Source of the DNA: Alloascoidea hylecoeti
Taxonomy: Eukaryota
NCBI GenBank assembly: GCA_001600815.1
Contig: BCKZ01000002.1
Coordinates: forward strand, 1,124,294-1,188,293
Direction: 5' to 3'
Length of the DNA stretch: 64,000 bases
The notes under the pieces are model-generated. The model worked only from the letters and a program-made list of their open reading frames with translations. It was not told the origin of the DNA and made no database searches. The position numbers and the translations under genes are program-made. Positions 12,309-24,330 of the stretch are shown here, piece by piece (position 1 is the stretch's first letter; each line of letters starts with the position of its first letter).

Positions 12309-13284
12309 GAAGAACCAGAGAGGTAATCCTACATTGTATCAAATCTAAGGGACATACATGTACTTCCAGGTCCGACTTGTGGGTGGCACCTGCGAGCTGA
12401 ACAAGAGCTGTTTTTTTCTAGATTTTACCAGTATGCATAGATTTGTAGGAGAAAATAATAATTAAGGTTCATAGAACATGGAAATAGGGTTCATTTGAGT
12501 GACGTAACCAAGTAAATATAGATTGCCAACAAGCCTGCCATTCTCCAGATAATGTATCACTTGTAATGTCCGATGATTTGATTAGAGCACTTATTTCCCG
12601 GAACATTGCACTAGAACACACTCAAAATTTCGGCACGATGTCATGGATGTAGGCCTATAATCAGATTATTCAGTATTAATCAGTGTCATTGTTGTAGCAA
12701 TATTCATATTCTACGGAAAAAATAATCGAGTGCAGATCGTTTGTAAATCGTAATTTTTAATCGGATTAGGTAATTTTCTGTTAAACTCAAGCTCAAAGAC
12801 ATAAAGCTTAAATATTGACCCCGTGGAAAAATTACTCAAATAGTATTCTCAAGAGCAGAATATATTGTAAAACAATAGAGTCAATTCTACTTTATGAAGT
12901 GTTTCTTTCCCAGAGGTTCCTAATAAAGAGCACAATAAAGACGTCAATTTATTTGGTTTCACTTATAATTATTGACAAACATACGATATCTTTAATCTCC
13001 CATCCCTCAAAGTTACGGATATTCGTATATTGTAAATTTATACCACTGCACCGAGAATGATCTTACATATAATTTAAACTCAATAATAAAGCTTGAATTT
13101 CCAAATTTCGAGGCATTAAATTAGATTTTCGGAAATATGCTAAAAATAGATTGTCATACTAGTTTCTAGTTTTATAGATTGTTCTCCTTATAAATAGTAA
13201 TCATGTCCCTTCTTAATTCTTCATCCTTGTTCTATCCTTACTCTAGGTTGATATACTTTCGTTTTGTCATAATCTACTTTTACA

Positions 13285-13983
13285 ATGAAATTCTCTACAA
13301 TCGCTTCTATCTTGCCATTTTCAGCAATTGCCTCTGCTGCAACAACTAATATTACCTTGTGGGTTAACTCCGATGACTCTTCCATTGCTGGAAAAGGTCT
13401 CGCCTCAATCCATGAGGGTGCTGCAATAAACTACTACTTTTTACGCAGTGGTGCTGAAACCCTTCATTATGATTCTTCCACTGGTTATATTACTGCTGAT
13501 TTCATCTCTGGTACCCCTTTTAGCTTCCAAATCGATGACCATTTAGTTGAAAATTTCCCCGGTCCTGATGAGACAACCTCCTATACTTTTGAGGATGATA
13601 TTTTAAACATTAACGGTTCTTCAAGTGGATTTTACGCATGCAAAAACACTGGTGACCCTTATCGTTACTCTCAAAGCGCCTATCAAGCTCTTTACTATGA
13701 AGAGTCTAGTGATGCCCCAGCTGATTGTATTCCTTTTACTATTGAAAAGCAAGATGCCTCCTCTGTTGGTTCTGCTTCTGCTTCGTCTTCCATCCCAGCA
13801 ACAGCTTCAGCAACCTATAATACTACTGCTCCAATCGCAACAAGTACTGTTGAATATGTTGCAACTACGACTGCTCAAAATTCATCATCTCCTGTCGTCA
13901 CTCCCATCAATGGTGCCTCTTATTTAGGAAGATCAACCGCTTCATTAATTGGAGCAATTGCTCTTGCATTATTTGCTCTTTAA
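13285..13983 (+). CDS. GPI-anchored cell wall protein (Rhd3/Pga29-Pga31-like)
   Basis: Signal peptide MKFSTIASILPFSAIASA; HEGAAINY and FYACKN...DPY motifs; Ser/Thr stalk; hydrophobic GPI-signal tail. TATAAATA near 13189. Confidence 0.8.
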   Translation: MKFSTIASILPFSAIASAATTNITLWVNSDDSSIAGKGLASIHEGAAINYYFLRSGAETLHYDSSTGYITADFISGTPFSFQIDDHLVENFPGPDETTSYTFEDDILNINGSSSGFYACKNTGDPYRYSQSAYQALYYEESSDAPADCIPFTIEKQDASSVGSASASSSIPATASATYNTTAPIATSTVEYVATTTAQNSSSPVVTPINGASYLGRSTASLIGAIALALFAL

Positions 13984-14611
13984 GCTGGCATATGAAGATT
14001 TGATATTTAACAATAAAATGTTAGATTTTGCGGTATTATGTTCTCATTCACTGTCTTGAACTTGAACTTGATTTTTATTTTGTTTCTTAAAACTTCCATT
14101 TACTGATGTCCATTCCTTTGCATTTATGTATTACTACAGCTGATATACTAATATTTTTATTTCATCGTTTTTTTTTAAATCAGCATATATACTATCTTTA
14201 ATGAAAGTTAACTAATTGATCTACCATTATATGACATAGAAAGTAAATTTAGACTTCGCTAATTTGGTGTGTTCCACTTAGAATCCAGATCTATTTATAG
14301 TGGGATCTATGAATTTTAAGTTGACAAGGCCAATCCTTTGAGGCCATCCATAATATTACGCCTTCGTAATGAGTAATTTAGTCCAATGGTGTTAAGTTTT
14401 AAAATGTCTTAATCATGGGTTTCATATTACTATATAATATAAACTAATTACGATTTATATTGTTCAAATTCGTTATTCTCAGGAATATTGGTATTAGTAA
14501 GATATTAATAGTTTTAGAAACAGGGCTACTCTACACCTATACACCCACCTCCTTTAAAACGTGTATGTTGGAAAAAAATACATCTCCAAACACTTTCGTA
14601 CCACTAACGAG

Positions 14612-16318
14612 ATGAGTGCCTCTCCTCAAGAAAACTCCTCCATTTACCCTGGGGCCCATCCCCATGGTCATACTATGTCTTCCTCCTCCCTCGGTAACTT
14701 CCAACCTGCACATGCAGCCTCACAGTCTATGTACTTGCAGACAAATAACTCCGCTAGACGTGTTTCATCCCGTCCCATGAGTATGAGATCCGTCGATATG
14801 TCCTCTATTTATCAAGGCTCAGGAGGTGAAGTGGACTCTTCTGCAACAAATGCGGCTTTCGATCTTTCACAGGGCTATATTTCCTCATATCTAGGTGACA
14901 ATAATCAATCTTTAATGCCAAGAATGAAAACCATAGAATTGTACCGAAAAAATGCTAAAAAGTCAAATGACCCACAAATCCAGTTTCAGTTCGCCCAATA
15001 TATGCTACAAACTGCTCTAATGGCCAAAGCACAGCTTGCTATGATTCAACAACAACAGAAAAATCAAGATCAACCTCTTGCTGCTGATGCCTTAGGTTTA
15101 GGAGCTAATTATACAAGTGTCAGAACACCTAGTATGTATCAAGTCGGATCGTCCAGTGAATTGGACCAGTTGGACCAATTATCTATAAATCCCCCAAATG
15201 TCAACTTGGGTGGAGCGGGTAACAGGCAAAGTAATGGTTCATCTTTAAACGTAAACAGTCGGCCAGGCACACCAACAGACTCAAATGCAAACAATCGAAA
15301 ATCTAGTTATTTAAATATTCAGCCAATTTCAAATGACTCAGTTGCATTGGATGATCAAAAAGTTATTTTGGGTTTACTTCGAGAAGCTGTTCATAATTTA
15401 AGAAAATTATCTGATAAAGGTTTTGCAGAAGCTCAATATTTATTAGGTGATGCTTATTCTTCCGGTGTTTTGGGAAAGAAAGATATGAAAGAATCTTTCT
15501 CATTATTTCATCAGGCTGCTAAACATGGGCATGCCGAGTCATGTTATCGTGTTGCTTTATGTTTCGAAGAAGGATGGGGAACTTCAAAGGATCCTAAGAA
15601 ATGTGTTCAGTTTTTACGTAAAGCTAGTTCTCAAAATCATCCATCTGCAATGTTTAGATTGGCTCTTATCATGTATAATGGGCATATGGGATTCCGTAAA
15701 ATAACTACTGTCCAACAAGAAGGTATTAAATGGTTAACTAGAGCTTCTGAGGTTGCTAATAAATTAACTGCTGCAGCTCCATATCAATTGGCTAAGATTT
15801 ATGAAACTGGTTATAAAGATATCGTCATTCAAGACTATTCATATTCTGTTCAATTATATGTTCAATCTGCCGGTTTAGGATATATACCTGCTGCCGGAAG
15901 ATTAGGAAAATGTTATGAATTAGGCCTTTTGAATTGTCCACAAGATCCACCTCTATCGGTTCATTATTATACGATCGCTGCTTTAGGCGGTGATGCAGAG
16001 TCAATGATGGCGATGTGTGCTTGGTATCTTGTTGGTGCTGATCCAATATTACCTCAAAACGAGGAGGAAGCTTTCGAATGGGCTAAGAGAAGTGCTATGA
16101 AGGGTTTCCCAAAGGCCTGTTATGCCGTCGGCCACTTTTTGGAAAATGGAATAGGTACAGATAGGGATATGGTAGAGGCTACAAAATGGTTCACCAAAGC
16201 TGTTGAAGCTGGTGATGAAAGGGCAATTAAAAGACAGCAGAAAATTGAAGGATTAAATAGTGGTAAGGCTAAAACGAAGAAGAATAGAAAGAAGGGCAGT
16301 GGTTGCATTATTATGTAA
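14612..16318 (+). CDS. SKT5: Chitin synthase III activator, Sel1-repeat protein (Skt5/Chs4 family)
   Basis: KTIELYRKNAKKSND motif, multiple SEL1 repeats and a C-terminal CaaX box (CIIM). First ATG at 14612. Confidence 0.88.
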   Translation: MSASPQENSSIYPGAHPHGHTMSSSSLGNFQPAHAASQSMYLQTNNSARRVSSRPMSMRSVDMSSIYQGSGGEVDSSATNAAFDLSQGYISSYLGDNNQSLMPRMKTIELYRKNAKKSNDPQIQFQFAQYMLQTALMAKAQLAMIQQQQKNQDQPLAADALGLGANYTSVRTPSMYQVGSSSELDQLDQLSINPPNVNLGGAGNRQSNGSSLNVNSRPGTPTDSNANNRKSSYLNIQPISNDSVALDDQKVILGLLREAVHNLRKLSDKGFAEAQYLLGDAYSSGVLGKKDMKESFSLFHQAAKHGHAESCYRVALCFEEGWGTSKDPKKCVQFLRKASSQNHPSAMFRLALIMYNGHMGFRKITTVQQEGIKWLTRASEVANKLTAAAPYQLAKIYETGYKDIVIQDYSYSVQLYVQSAGLGYIPAAGRLGKCYELGLLNCPQDPPLSVHYYTIAALGGDAESMMAMCAWYLVGADPILPQNEEEAFEWAKRSAMKGFPKACYAVGHFLENGIGTDRDMVEATKWFTKAVEAGDERAIKRQQKIEGLNSGKAKTKKNRKKGSGCIIM

Positions 16319-16889
16319 CTTTTGAAGTTTATCTTTTAGTACTTTTTTCCTACTTATGAGTTCATCTTATTTTTAATAGTGTTCATCACCATCCTTTTTA
16401 TTAGACTTTTCGTTTTTTCTTTAATTTTATTTATAATATTCCATTTTGTTAAACAAATCTATTTTCCATTCTTGTTAATTAAATGAAAAAAAAGCATCTT
16501 TTATCATAATATTTATAAAATAATACATTTGTCTGTATAAATATTCAATGTGCTTTTAAAATTACCTATTTGTATTAACGTTAGAACACTCCTTTCATAT
16601 ATTAAAGTATACCTTTGAAGTTGGTCCTGATGAGTTCATTTGATGGTTTCATATTTGTTTTATATGATTCGATATTATTAATTCTAATTTGATCTATAAA
16701 TTATATTTTCTTACCAGTAACGTTTTAGTTTATAATATTAATATACTCAAGCTACTTGTACGTTAATAAAATGTATATTCTAAACTTCCCAAAAGTGAAA
16801 AAGATAAATATTAGAAGTCTCAATCACTTAACAGACAAACTGAGAGCAATTTGAAAATAACTTTCTTTATCTCTTTCAGGAATCAACCT

Positions 16890-17036
16890 TCAACCATCAC
16901 CTTCATCATCTGAATCTAAATCATTGATATTGCGATTCTTGGTAAACTTTATGATTACAAAATCTAAAATCTCACCACGATTGTACCTCTCAATAAATCG
17001 CCATGCCCTCCTTTCAAACCGCTTCATATGAACCAT
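16890..17036 (-). pseudogene. Possible remnant of the C-terminus of a DDE (Tc1/mariner-superfamily) transposase
   Basis: 48-aa frame MVHMKRFERRAWRFIERYNRGEILDF... preceded by FFLDWCVSN, then an upstream stop. It resembles the recalled 'ALD...IRRFARRxWRFMDAY' tail of fungal DDE transposases. Confidence 0.35.
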
Positions 17037-17549
17037 ATTCGACACGCACCAATCCAAGAAAAATTAAAAGAGCATAATAAATTTAATTTAGCATTTATCT
17101 TTCCGGTTACGTCTTTAAGTTTGCCAATTATTGCTGTTGGTAGTGGGTTGTTTTAAATTCATAAAATGTGTCGAGAAAAATTCATTTTGATCATGATCAT
17201 AATAAATCCATATTTGAACTCAACACACCGCCTCAATGGAATCCGATAAAAAAATTAAGAATTTAGTATGTAGATCTTGCAAAACATGGATACGTACAGT
17301 ATATTCTGGCTTTAACAAAAGCGGCGGCGTCTAATTAACATTGAAAATTTGAGAACAATGTGGATGGAGCTAGAAAGTTGGTGACGTAATTATATTTTAC
17401 CGTAGGGCTAACGGAAAGCTCTTACAAAATCATAAAACAGGTAACATTTCTTTTGACTTCATACAATATATTGATTTCCTTGTACAGGGATTGTGAAATG
17501 AGTTTTCAACTGCCCATATTTCAAAAAAATATAAATTCAAAAGAAGATA

Positions 17550-17621
17550 AGGTCGTGCCCGGGATCGAACCGGGATCGCCAGAATCAAAATCTGATGTGC
17601 TAGCCATTACACTACACAACC
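17550..17621 (-). tRNA. tRNA-Gln(UUG), intronless
   Basis: Minus strand reads GGTTGTGTAGTGTAATGGCTAGCACATCAGATTTTGATTCTGGCGATCCCGGTTCGATCCCGGGCACGACC: acceptor stem, A box, TCAGA/TCTGG anticodon stem with TTG, and GGTTCGATCCC B box. A T-run lies about 20 nt downstream. Confidence 0.95.
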
Positions 17622-17897
17622 AACTCTTTCCGTTTGGTGAAAATTAGTCATAGAGATAATCTTGGTTGAAAGCACGGTGGCCGTAGCCTGACGTCCATGC
17701 TCACGTGTATTGATAGGCACATAAGAATTATAAACTGCAATCTTCCCGATCCTATAAAGAATACGATCGAGGCCATTGAAAACGGTTAACCACCATTTTT
17801 AAGACCATTTCCCCTTGTTTATCTTTCTTATTCTTCTTTTGGAATTCACTTTCAATATCTCACAAAAAAAAAAAGCAGCTGTGGAAAATTTATTATT

Positions 17898-19850
17898 ATG
17901 GGCATAAAACGTTCTTCGGCCACCAATAATTCTCATAATCCAACTTTATTCGACATCAGACTTAAATCCAGTCATAAGAATGTTATTTTGTTAAAAGGCA
18001 CACGTTCTGAAGCACCTTCCGTTCTTCTTTCTGGCTCTGTCGTATTATCACTTCATTCTCCAATGTCTGTCAAGAAACTTCATCTTAAATTGTCTGGAAC
18101 TTTAAGGCTTGAATTTCAAGAGACTTATGCAACTTCCACTCAATCTTATACATTACCTGTAAAATATGAAAGAACTGTTTTTCTTTATGAATGGGATGAT
18201 TTATTAAAAGATTCTTCTGGATCATTAAAAACTGGACCCAATCTTGGTAGAGCGACAGAAAGTGATTTAATCCCATTACCAACTTCTTCAAAAAATAATT
18301 TTGAGCGTCATGGTCAAAATACAATACTGCCATCTGGTAATCACGTCTTACCTTTTACTCTTGTCATATCTGGAAATACCCTAGAATCCATTGAAGGTTT
18401 AATTGGTGGTAGCTTAATTTATCAATTTGAATCTAATCTAGAAAGAGGTAGGTTTCAAACCCCTTATATTTCAAGAAAGCATGTTAGAATTATTAGAACT
18501 TTATCTTCTGATGCTTTTGATTTATCAGAGTCAGTTTTTATCGAAAACATTTGGCCAGGAAAGTTACAATATCAGGTGGAAATACCAGTTAAAGCAATTC
18601 CAATAGGTGGTTCAACTCCTGTTAAAATAATGCTGATACCAATGGTTAAAGGTTTAGAATTGGTTGATATTAAAGTAAATTTAGTCCAATATTATGTTTT
18701 TCAAGACTCAAATGGTAGAAGCTTCTCTAGTGAAAAAAAGATTTTTGATTTTCAATTACCACATATTGATCCTGAGACTTTACGGGTCGATAAATGGGAT
18801 ATCAATGGTACGATTGTAATGCCTGATACTTTACGTGATGTTACTCAGAAAACTGATATTGATAGCTTTATTAAAGTAAGGCATAAATTAAAATTTAGAA
18901 TTATTCTAAAAAATAATGATGGCCATACTTCTGAAGTTAGAGCCTCACTACCAATTACCTTATTTATTTCTCCACAATATCAATTAAAAGCAAGACAAGT
19001 TACTGAACGAGATGGTGCTTTTTATTTCACATCTATTGATGAAAATATCTTCACAAATGCTGGTTCCAATAGTGCAACTGTTAGTGGTATAACCTCACCT
19101 GTTGATGATGCTCCTCCAAATTATGAAAATCGAATTTACGATCAATTATATTCACAATCTGCTCCTGTATCGGGAGCTCAAACTCCAGCTATCAATATAA
19201 ATGATCTTTCTATTACGAACCCTATTACGAACCCTGGTTATTTTGATATTCCAATAGCCAATGAGTCAACTTCAACACCTCTAAATATTACTCTTGAAAC
19301 CCCTCTTGGTTCACCCACTGGGATTCCTTTACAAACTCCAGCAGGATCCACTCCGCAAACTCCCTCTTTTGTTGGGCATCCTCCTTCAGCTAGTGATGAT
19401 TTCAGAGCATTTCAAAATATACCCCACTCTTCTGAAATTGAAAATGGTTTGAATTTAGAATCATTATCAAGAGTTCCATCCTATTCAACGGCTGTTAATG
19501 AGAATGATTTTTTGGATGAATTTGGTCTAGCACCTGTTTATGATAATGATGATTCAACATCAACTTCGACTTCTTTAAACAATCAACAATCAAATCCAAC
19601 TACATCAAATAATAGAGATTCAACAACTTCAAACCATCAACGATCAATCTCAGCTTCAGCTTCAACCTCAAATGGTACTTCTATTGTTTCGTCATTATTA
19701 AAATCAAGACATTCTTCGGGGTTAAAATTAAATGATTTAAGACCATCATTGGACAGATCAACTTCTTTTGGTAACTTATCTAATTCTTTACAACAAAGCT
19801 TTGGACTAAAGAAAAATAATAAGAAGAAAGAAAAAGTTACTATTTCTTAA
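17898..19850 (+). CDS. Alpha-arrestin / ART ubiquitin-ligase adaptor (Rod1/Rog3-like)
   Basis: FDIRLK...LLSGSVVLS arrestin N-domain, ENIWPGKLQY and VRHKLKF; PPNY and VPSY Rsp5-binding-type motifs in the tail. Confidence 0.88.
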   Translation: MGIKRSSATNNSHNPTLFDIRLKSSHKNVILLKGTRSEAPSVLLSGSVVLSLHSPMSVKKLHLKLSGTLRLEFQETYATSTQSYTLPVKYERTVFLYEWDDLLKDSSGSLKTGPNLGRATESDLIPLPTSSKNNFERHGQNTILPSGNHVLPFTLVISGNTLESIEGLIGGSLIYQFESNLERGRFQTPYISRKHVRIIRTLSSDAFDLSESVFIENIWPGKLQYQVEIPVKAIPIGGSTPVKIMLIPMVKGLELVDIKVNLVQYYVFQDSNGRSFSSEKKIFDFQLPHIDPETLRVDKWDINGTIVMPDTLRDVTQKTDIDSFIKVRHKLKFRIILKNNDGHTSEVRASLPITLFISPQYQLKARQVTERDGAFYFTSIDENIFTNAGSNSATVSGITSPVDDAPPNYENRIYDQLYSQSAPVSGAQTPAININDLSITNPITNPGYFDIPIANESTSTPLNITLETPLGSPTGIPLQTPAGSTPQTPSFVGHPPSASDDFRAFQNIPHSSEIENGLNLESLSRVPSYSTAVNENDFLDEFGLAPVYDNDDSTSTSTSLNNQQSNPTTSNNRDSTTSNHQRSISASASTSNGTSIVSSLLKSRHSSGLKLNDLRPSLDRSTSFGNLSNSLQQSFGLKKNNKKKEKVTIS

Positions 19851-20320
19851 TTAATAGCAAGTATAGTTATAGGTGCTATTTTCACGTTCTTAGCTATTGG
19901 ATACACAACAACAACTGCTGCTACAAAAACCGCTGCTAATGATCATAAAAAAAACTAATGATGATGATGGGGATTTTCTTTAAATTTCAAATAGAGCTAG
20001 AAATTAATACATAAACGAAACTAATTTCACTCACTTATCAAATTTGTTCCATTTTATGTTTATCTGTTATAATAAACTTCAATTAATTACAATTGTTTGA
20101 TTAATATTATGTTGAACATTTTTGATTTTACAACAATAAATATAGATCTAGATATTAGACAATTACTACAATTTTTATTCTTTTTATTTTGTTTTTTTGT
20201 GCGTTTAGGATGACTAATCACAATTTTCTTATAATTAATTATATTAGACTATGTACCTATATAGAAAAAAGTAAGCTTAAATGATTTTGAAAAGAAATAT
20301 TAATATGAATATGATATTAA

Positions 20321-22192
20321 TTATACCAGAATAATTTCTTTCTCGGATCTTGAATTTATACTATCTTCAAGATCTAACTTTAAATTCGATTTTCTCTTGA
20401 TCATTGAATTAAATTTAGAAAAATATTGCGGTATGAAAGTACAAATAATTCCTAATGGAAATCCAATACAAATTAACAAAATTGAGTTTATGGTAGTTGA
20501 TGATGATTCAATAGATCTAATAATAATCCCTTCAATTTGATCGTGATTAACATTTGATTTATTCTGAGAATAGAACAATAAGAAAATGCTGCCAAGAGAT
20601 TTTAATTTAAACCCGGTTATTAATATTATTGTGGTAATAAATATAGAAAGTAATGTTTTAGATTTTTTCAAATTTCTAACTGATAGAGCATTAGCACTTT
20701 TACTCAAAACAGTGATTATTGCCATCACTAATCCAAAAATAGGTATAATTAGATATAATCGAGATAATATATGTTGAAAGTTCTTAAATAATTGAATTGG
20801 ATTTCCTATCCAATCAACCCATTCTGTAAAAAGTTCTAGCCTTTCTTGAAATTGTAGTAGCTTATTTTCATTTATATGAATGATTTCAGTAAAATTATCC
20901 ATTCTTATCATTACCCAATCTAAATGATCTAAATGTGTTTTCTGTCTCTGTTCCAGTATAGTACCCATTTTATTTACCCATATCGAAAAGTTCTCTGCTT
21001 GAGTTTCCATGTTTTCTTGTATCTTATCCTGTCTATCAACTATTGTAGCAGTAATTTTGTGCAATTCTTGATGAATGTTTAGAATATTCTTCGTCGTATC
21101 CTGAATTGTTCCTAATAATTCCGTTATGTTTTCAGATGTAGTTAATGTATCCATTATAGATAAAGACATCTAGATATTAAAAGTTATATAGTTAGAAACT
21201 AAAATGTAGCTATAGTAAAACATGATATAACTTACCTGTCTGATAACGATCCCAAGATAATTAGATAAATTTTCAGCTGACTTTATTTGTTGTTTTTCAA
21301 CAATTTCTAATTCGGTTTTAAAACCATCAAATTCGGTTCTAAAACTATCAAATTCATTACTGAAACTTTTTTTTTGATTATCACTAATATTTCTTATAGC
21401 ATGATTCAATTCATTTTGAAAATTGATTGTTGCATTATTAATAATAATAGAGATCTTCTTGCCTAATGATACATCAACTTCATCAATAAAGTCCTTAAAT
21501 AAATGCATTTTAGAAAAGATATTAGTTATCATTGGATTAACCTTAGATAAAATACTATGACTTTGTTTATTGAGCTTTGTGATGTTAGAGAAGAGATTTA
21601 TTAATTGATCTATTAAAGTATCATATCGTTAGTAAATTTAAAGACAATAAAGGATAATCATATAGATATACTTACCTTTTTCATATGGTAATGATTCTTG
21701 CTTGCAAAAATGACTTATGGATTGAAAATTCCCACTATACGTGGTCCATAATTGAGGAATTTGCTGAAACTCATCAACACACTGATAAATGTTTTTCTCA
21801 TTATTCCAATCATGATTACTAACCAAAAAATTGCACGTAGCAGGGTATGGTACTTGGCTTAGTTCAAATTCACAGACGGAAAGTTTGATTGTGACAATGA
21901 TTTTCATGAGTGGGTCAAGTCCTTCAATCCCTTCATGTGCACAATTTGGCAAGATTGTATCAAGAGATGAGCGAAGACATGAAAACGATGGTTTTAATGT
22001 GCCATAAGTATCAATAGCATTGTCAAATAGAGTGCTTAAATCATCGGGTATGGAATTGTGGTGTGGGTTAGAATATTGTTCAAGCTTAAGATTGTCATTA
22101 TTAACTCCAACTTGTCTTCGCTCTTTAAACAGAAATGCAAATGATAAAGCAACAAATGTCAATTGCAGGATAATTTTCATCACATATACCAT
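20321..22192 (-). CDS. KAR5: Nuclear fusion protein Kar5/Tht1; exons 22192-21676, 21609-21236, 21169-20321 (579 aa)
   Basis: Signal peptide; Cys-rich domain (KLSVCEFE...YPATC...CVDEF...WTTYSGNF...C); coiled coil; C-terminal TM segments. Two 66-nt GTAAGT...TAG introns (21675-21610 with TACTAAC, and 21235-21170) join three ORFs in frame. Confidence 0.88.
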
Positions 22193-22493
22193 CTCTAGTG
22201 TATAGTATTCTTATGATGTATCATAAAATAAAATGGAATCTATCACATATTTATAGTGAAAGACCAGAAATATTTAAGTTTGGTATCTTTTCCTATTTTG
22301 TAAAAAACCCGTCTATATTGCAATTAGATGCATACACGAGTAGATTTAAAGCTATATAAATTATAAATATTCCGGGGATTTTATTATAATCAGCTATAGT
22401 TATAATTAAATAGGTTTAAGTGTATATATACTATAATTATAAGCTTAAAGACATACACAAAAAAACATTGAGCAACTATATCGACCATGATTA

Positions 22494-24014
22494 TTAGAAT
22501 CTGGCCCAGAGGGCGATAATAGGAATAGTAAATACCAGAAAAGCAACAAATGTAACCAACCCTTCCGAATGAGTAACCTCCTTTGCCGTATTTGAGTTAG
22601 CTGTATGTGTCGATTTAACACTCTCATTCTTTTTAGTGAATGGTCTCAAGTTTGTAAATTTCTTTTCGGAATCTTTTTCATTTGCCTTATCAATCTGATT
22701 AACCTTATTCATATTCTTAAGAGCTTTAGTATTTATATTCTGTCCCGTCTCACATTTAATCAATTCTCCTTGAATTAAACCACGAGATTTAGTATTTAAC
22801 CAAGAAGAGCAATCGAAATTAGCTGAAGTGGATCTAAGATTTGTGCTACCCTTAATAAGTTCTAATTCGTTAAATTGAATGTAATCAAAGTCCCCTTCTA
22901 AATTAACTGCTCCGTTTATAGTTTGTAAGTTATTAAAACCATCAATACTCTTAATATTATCATTATCAACAATAATTAAAGCACCACCAATATTTTCAAG
23001 CTTGGGGAAATATGTGTTGGATAAATATTCGTTTCCATTGATGGTTAAAGTACTACCAATTAACTTTAATTCTGGGGCAGAAAGATTTGTCAAGGAATTA
23101 TGAAAAAGTTCCAAAGATCTTGTTACTATTTGTAAAGAGTCAAGGTTTAATTCAGAGACACTTTTAATGATAATATTATCTACTTGAATAAGCTTTGGAA
23201 GTGAGAGTTTCATAGACCAAGAATTATCAGTAACATCAATAGAACCTTTAACTATCTTTAATGGTAAATCAGCACTGGTCATATATCTATTATTTCTCAG
23301 ATAAAAAGAATCGATTCGTTCCATAGTAAACATTCCAGAAACACTTTGCAAAGAAGTATCAACGATCCTCACTTCTTTTGCCCCGGATATTCCACCACCT
23401 AATATAAGTTTATCCAATAACGGAAGAATCAAAAGCTCAAATGATTCAACTGTACTTAATTTCGGCATATCAATCTTTACCAAATCAGTTGCTTTTTCAA
23501 TTCTCACAGTACCTGCAACTGTTTCCAAATTTGGAGCTTTGAAAATATAAGTATTTCTAATATTGCTCACAATTAAATCACCTTCAACATGTCTTAAATC
23601 GTTTAGATTGATTTCTCTCCCCTTGAACTCGGGAGAAATAACTAAATTTCCTTGAAAATTACCACAAGCAGAAACTCGATTCAGATCCCCTTCATGCATT
23701 GCAACAAATAAACCACTACTCTGGCAAAATTCATCGACAACTCCAGCGCTGGCGGAAACGACATTTTCAGCTTTATTAGAGCCAAATACCAATCCATTAA
23801 GTTGATTGAAGTCAGTAATTTTGACTGGGAATTGCCCTTGAAAATCATAATCTAGAACGTCTTCTCAAATAACAAAATTAGAATATATATAAGCAATTAA
23901 TATGCATATGGCTATGCTTGTGTTGTACCAACCTTTATCAAATTCCAGACTTTTTGCAATCGAAACTCCGGCCAAACATAAAGTGAGAATGACTTTGTTT
24001 AAGTTTTTCTTCAT
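22494..24014 (-). CDS. SPS2: Sps2/Ecm33-family GPI spore-wall protein; exons 24014-23933 and about 23851-22494 (about 479 aa)
   Basis: Receptor-L-domain-like repeats (FPKLENIGGALII, NFDC) and a hydrophobic C-terminus. An upstream exon supplies the signal peptide MKKNLNKVILTLCLAGVSIA via an intron beginning GTTGGT. Adjacent to SPS1, as in S. cerevisiae. Confidence 0.8.
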
Positions 24015-24330
24015 TATTCTATTCTGGAAATAATCTGATTCGGTTAATTGGTTGTGACATAAGATATTTATTTCTTCTTTTTTTACTCGGCGCTTATATT
24101 TATGTCCAACTTAGAAGCATACCTTAAGAGAAATTAAAATGATGGAGATTATAAAACCGATATCAGTAAAAACAAGAAATAGAAGAATTCTTTTTTTGTA
24201 ATTGTGATGGCGAAGAACAGAGTGTAAAAAGGTAAAGAAAAAAGAAAAAAAGAGTTGAATTGTTTTTATATAAGGTATACATTACCTGCTGCAAGGATGA
24301 ATTTTTATATCTATATTGATACATGCCTGT

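Noticed and set aside
17453..17647. 64-aa ORF on the + strand
   Set aside because: Antisense to the tRNA-Gln gene.
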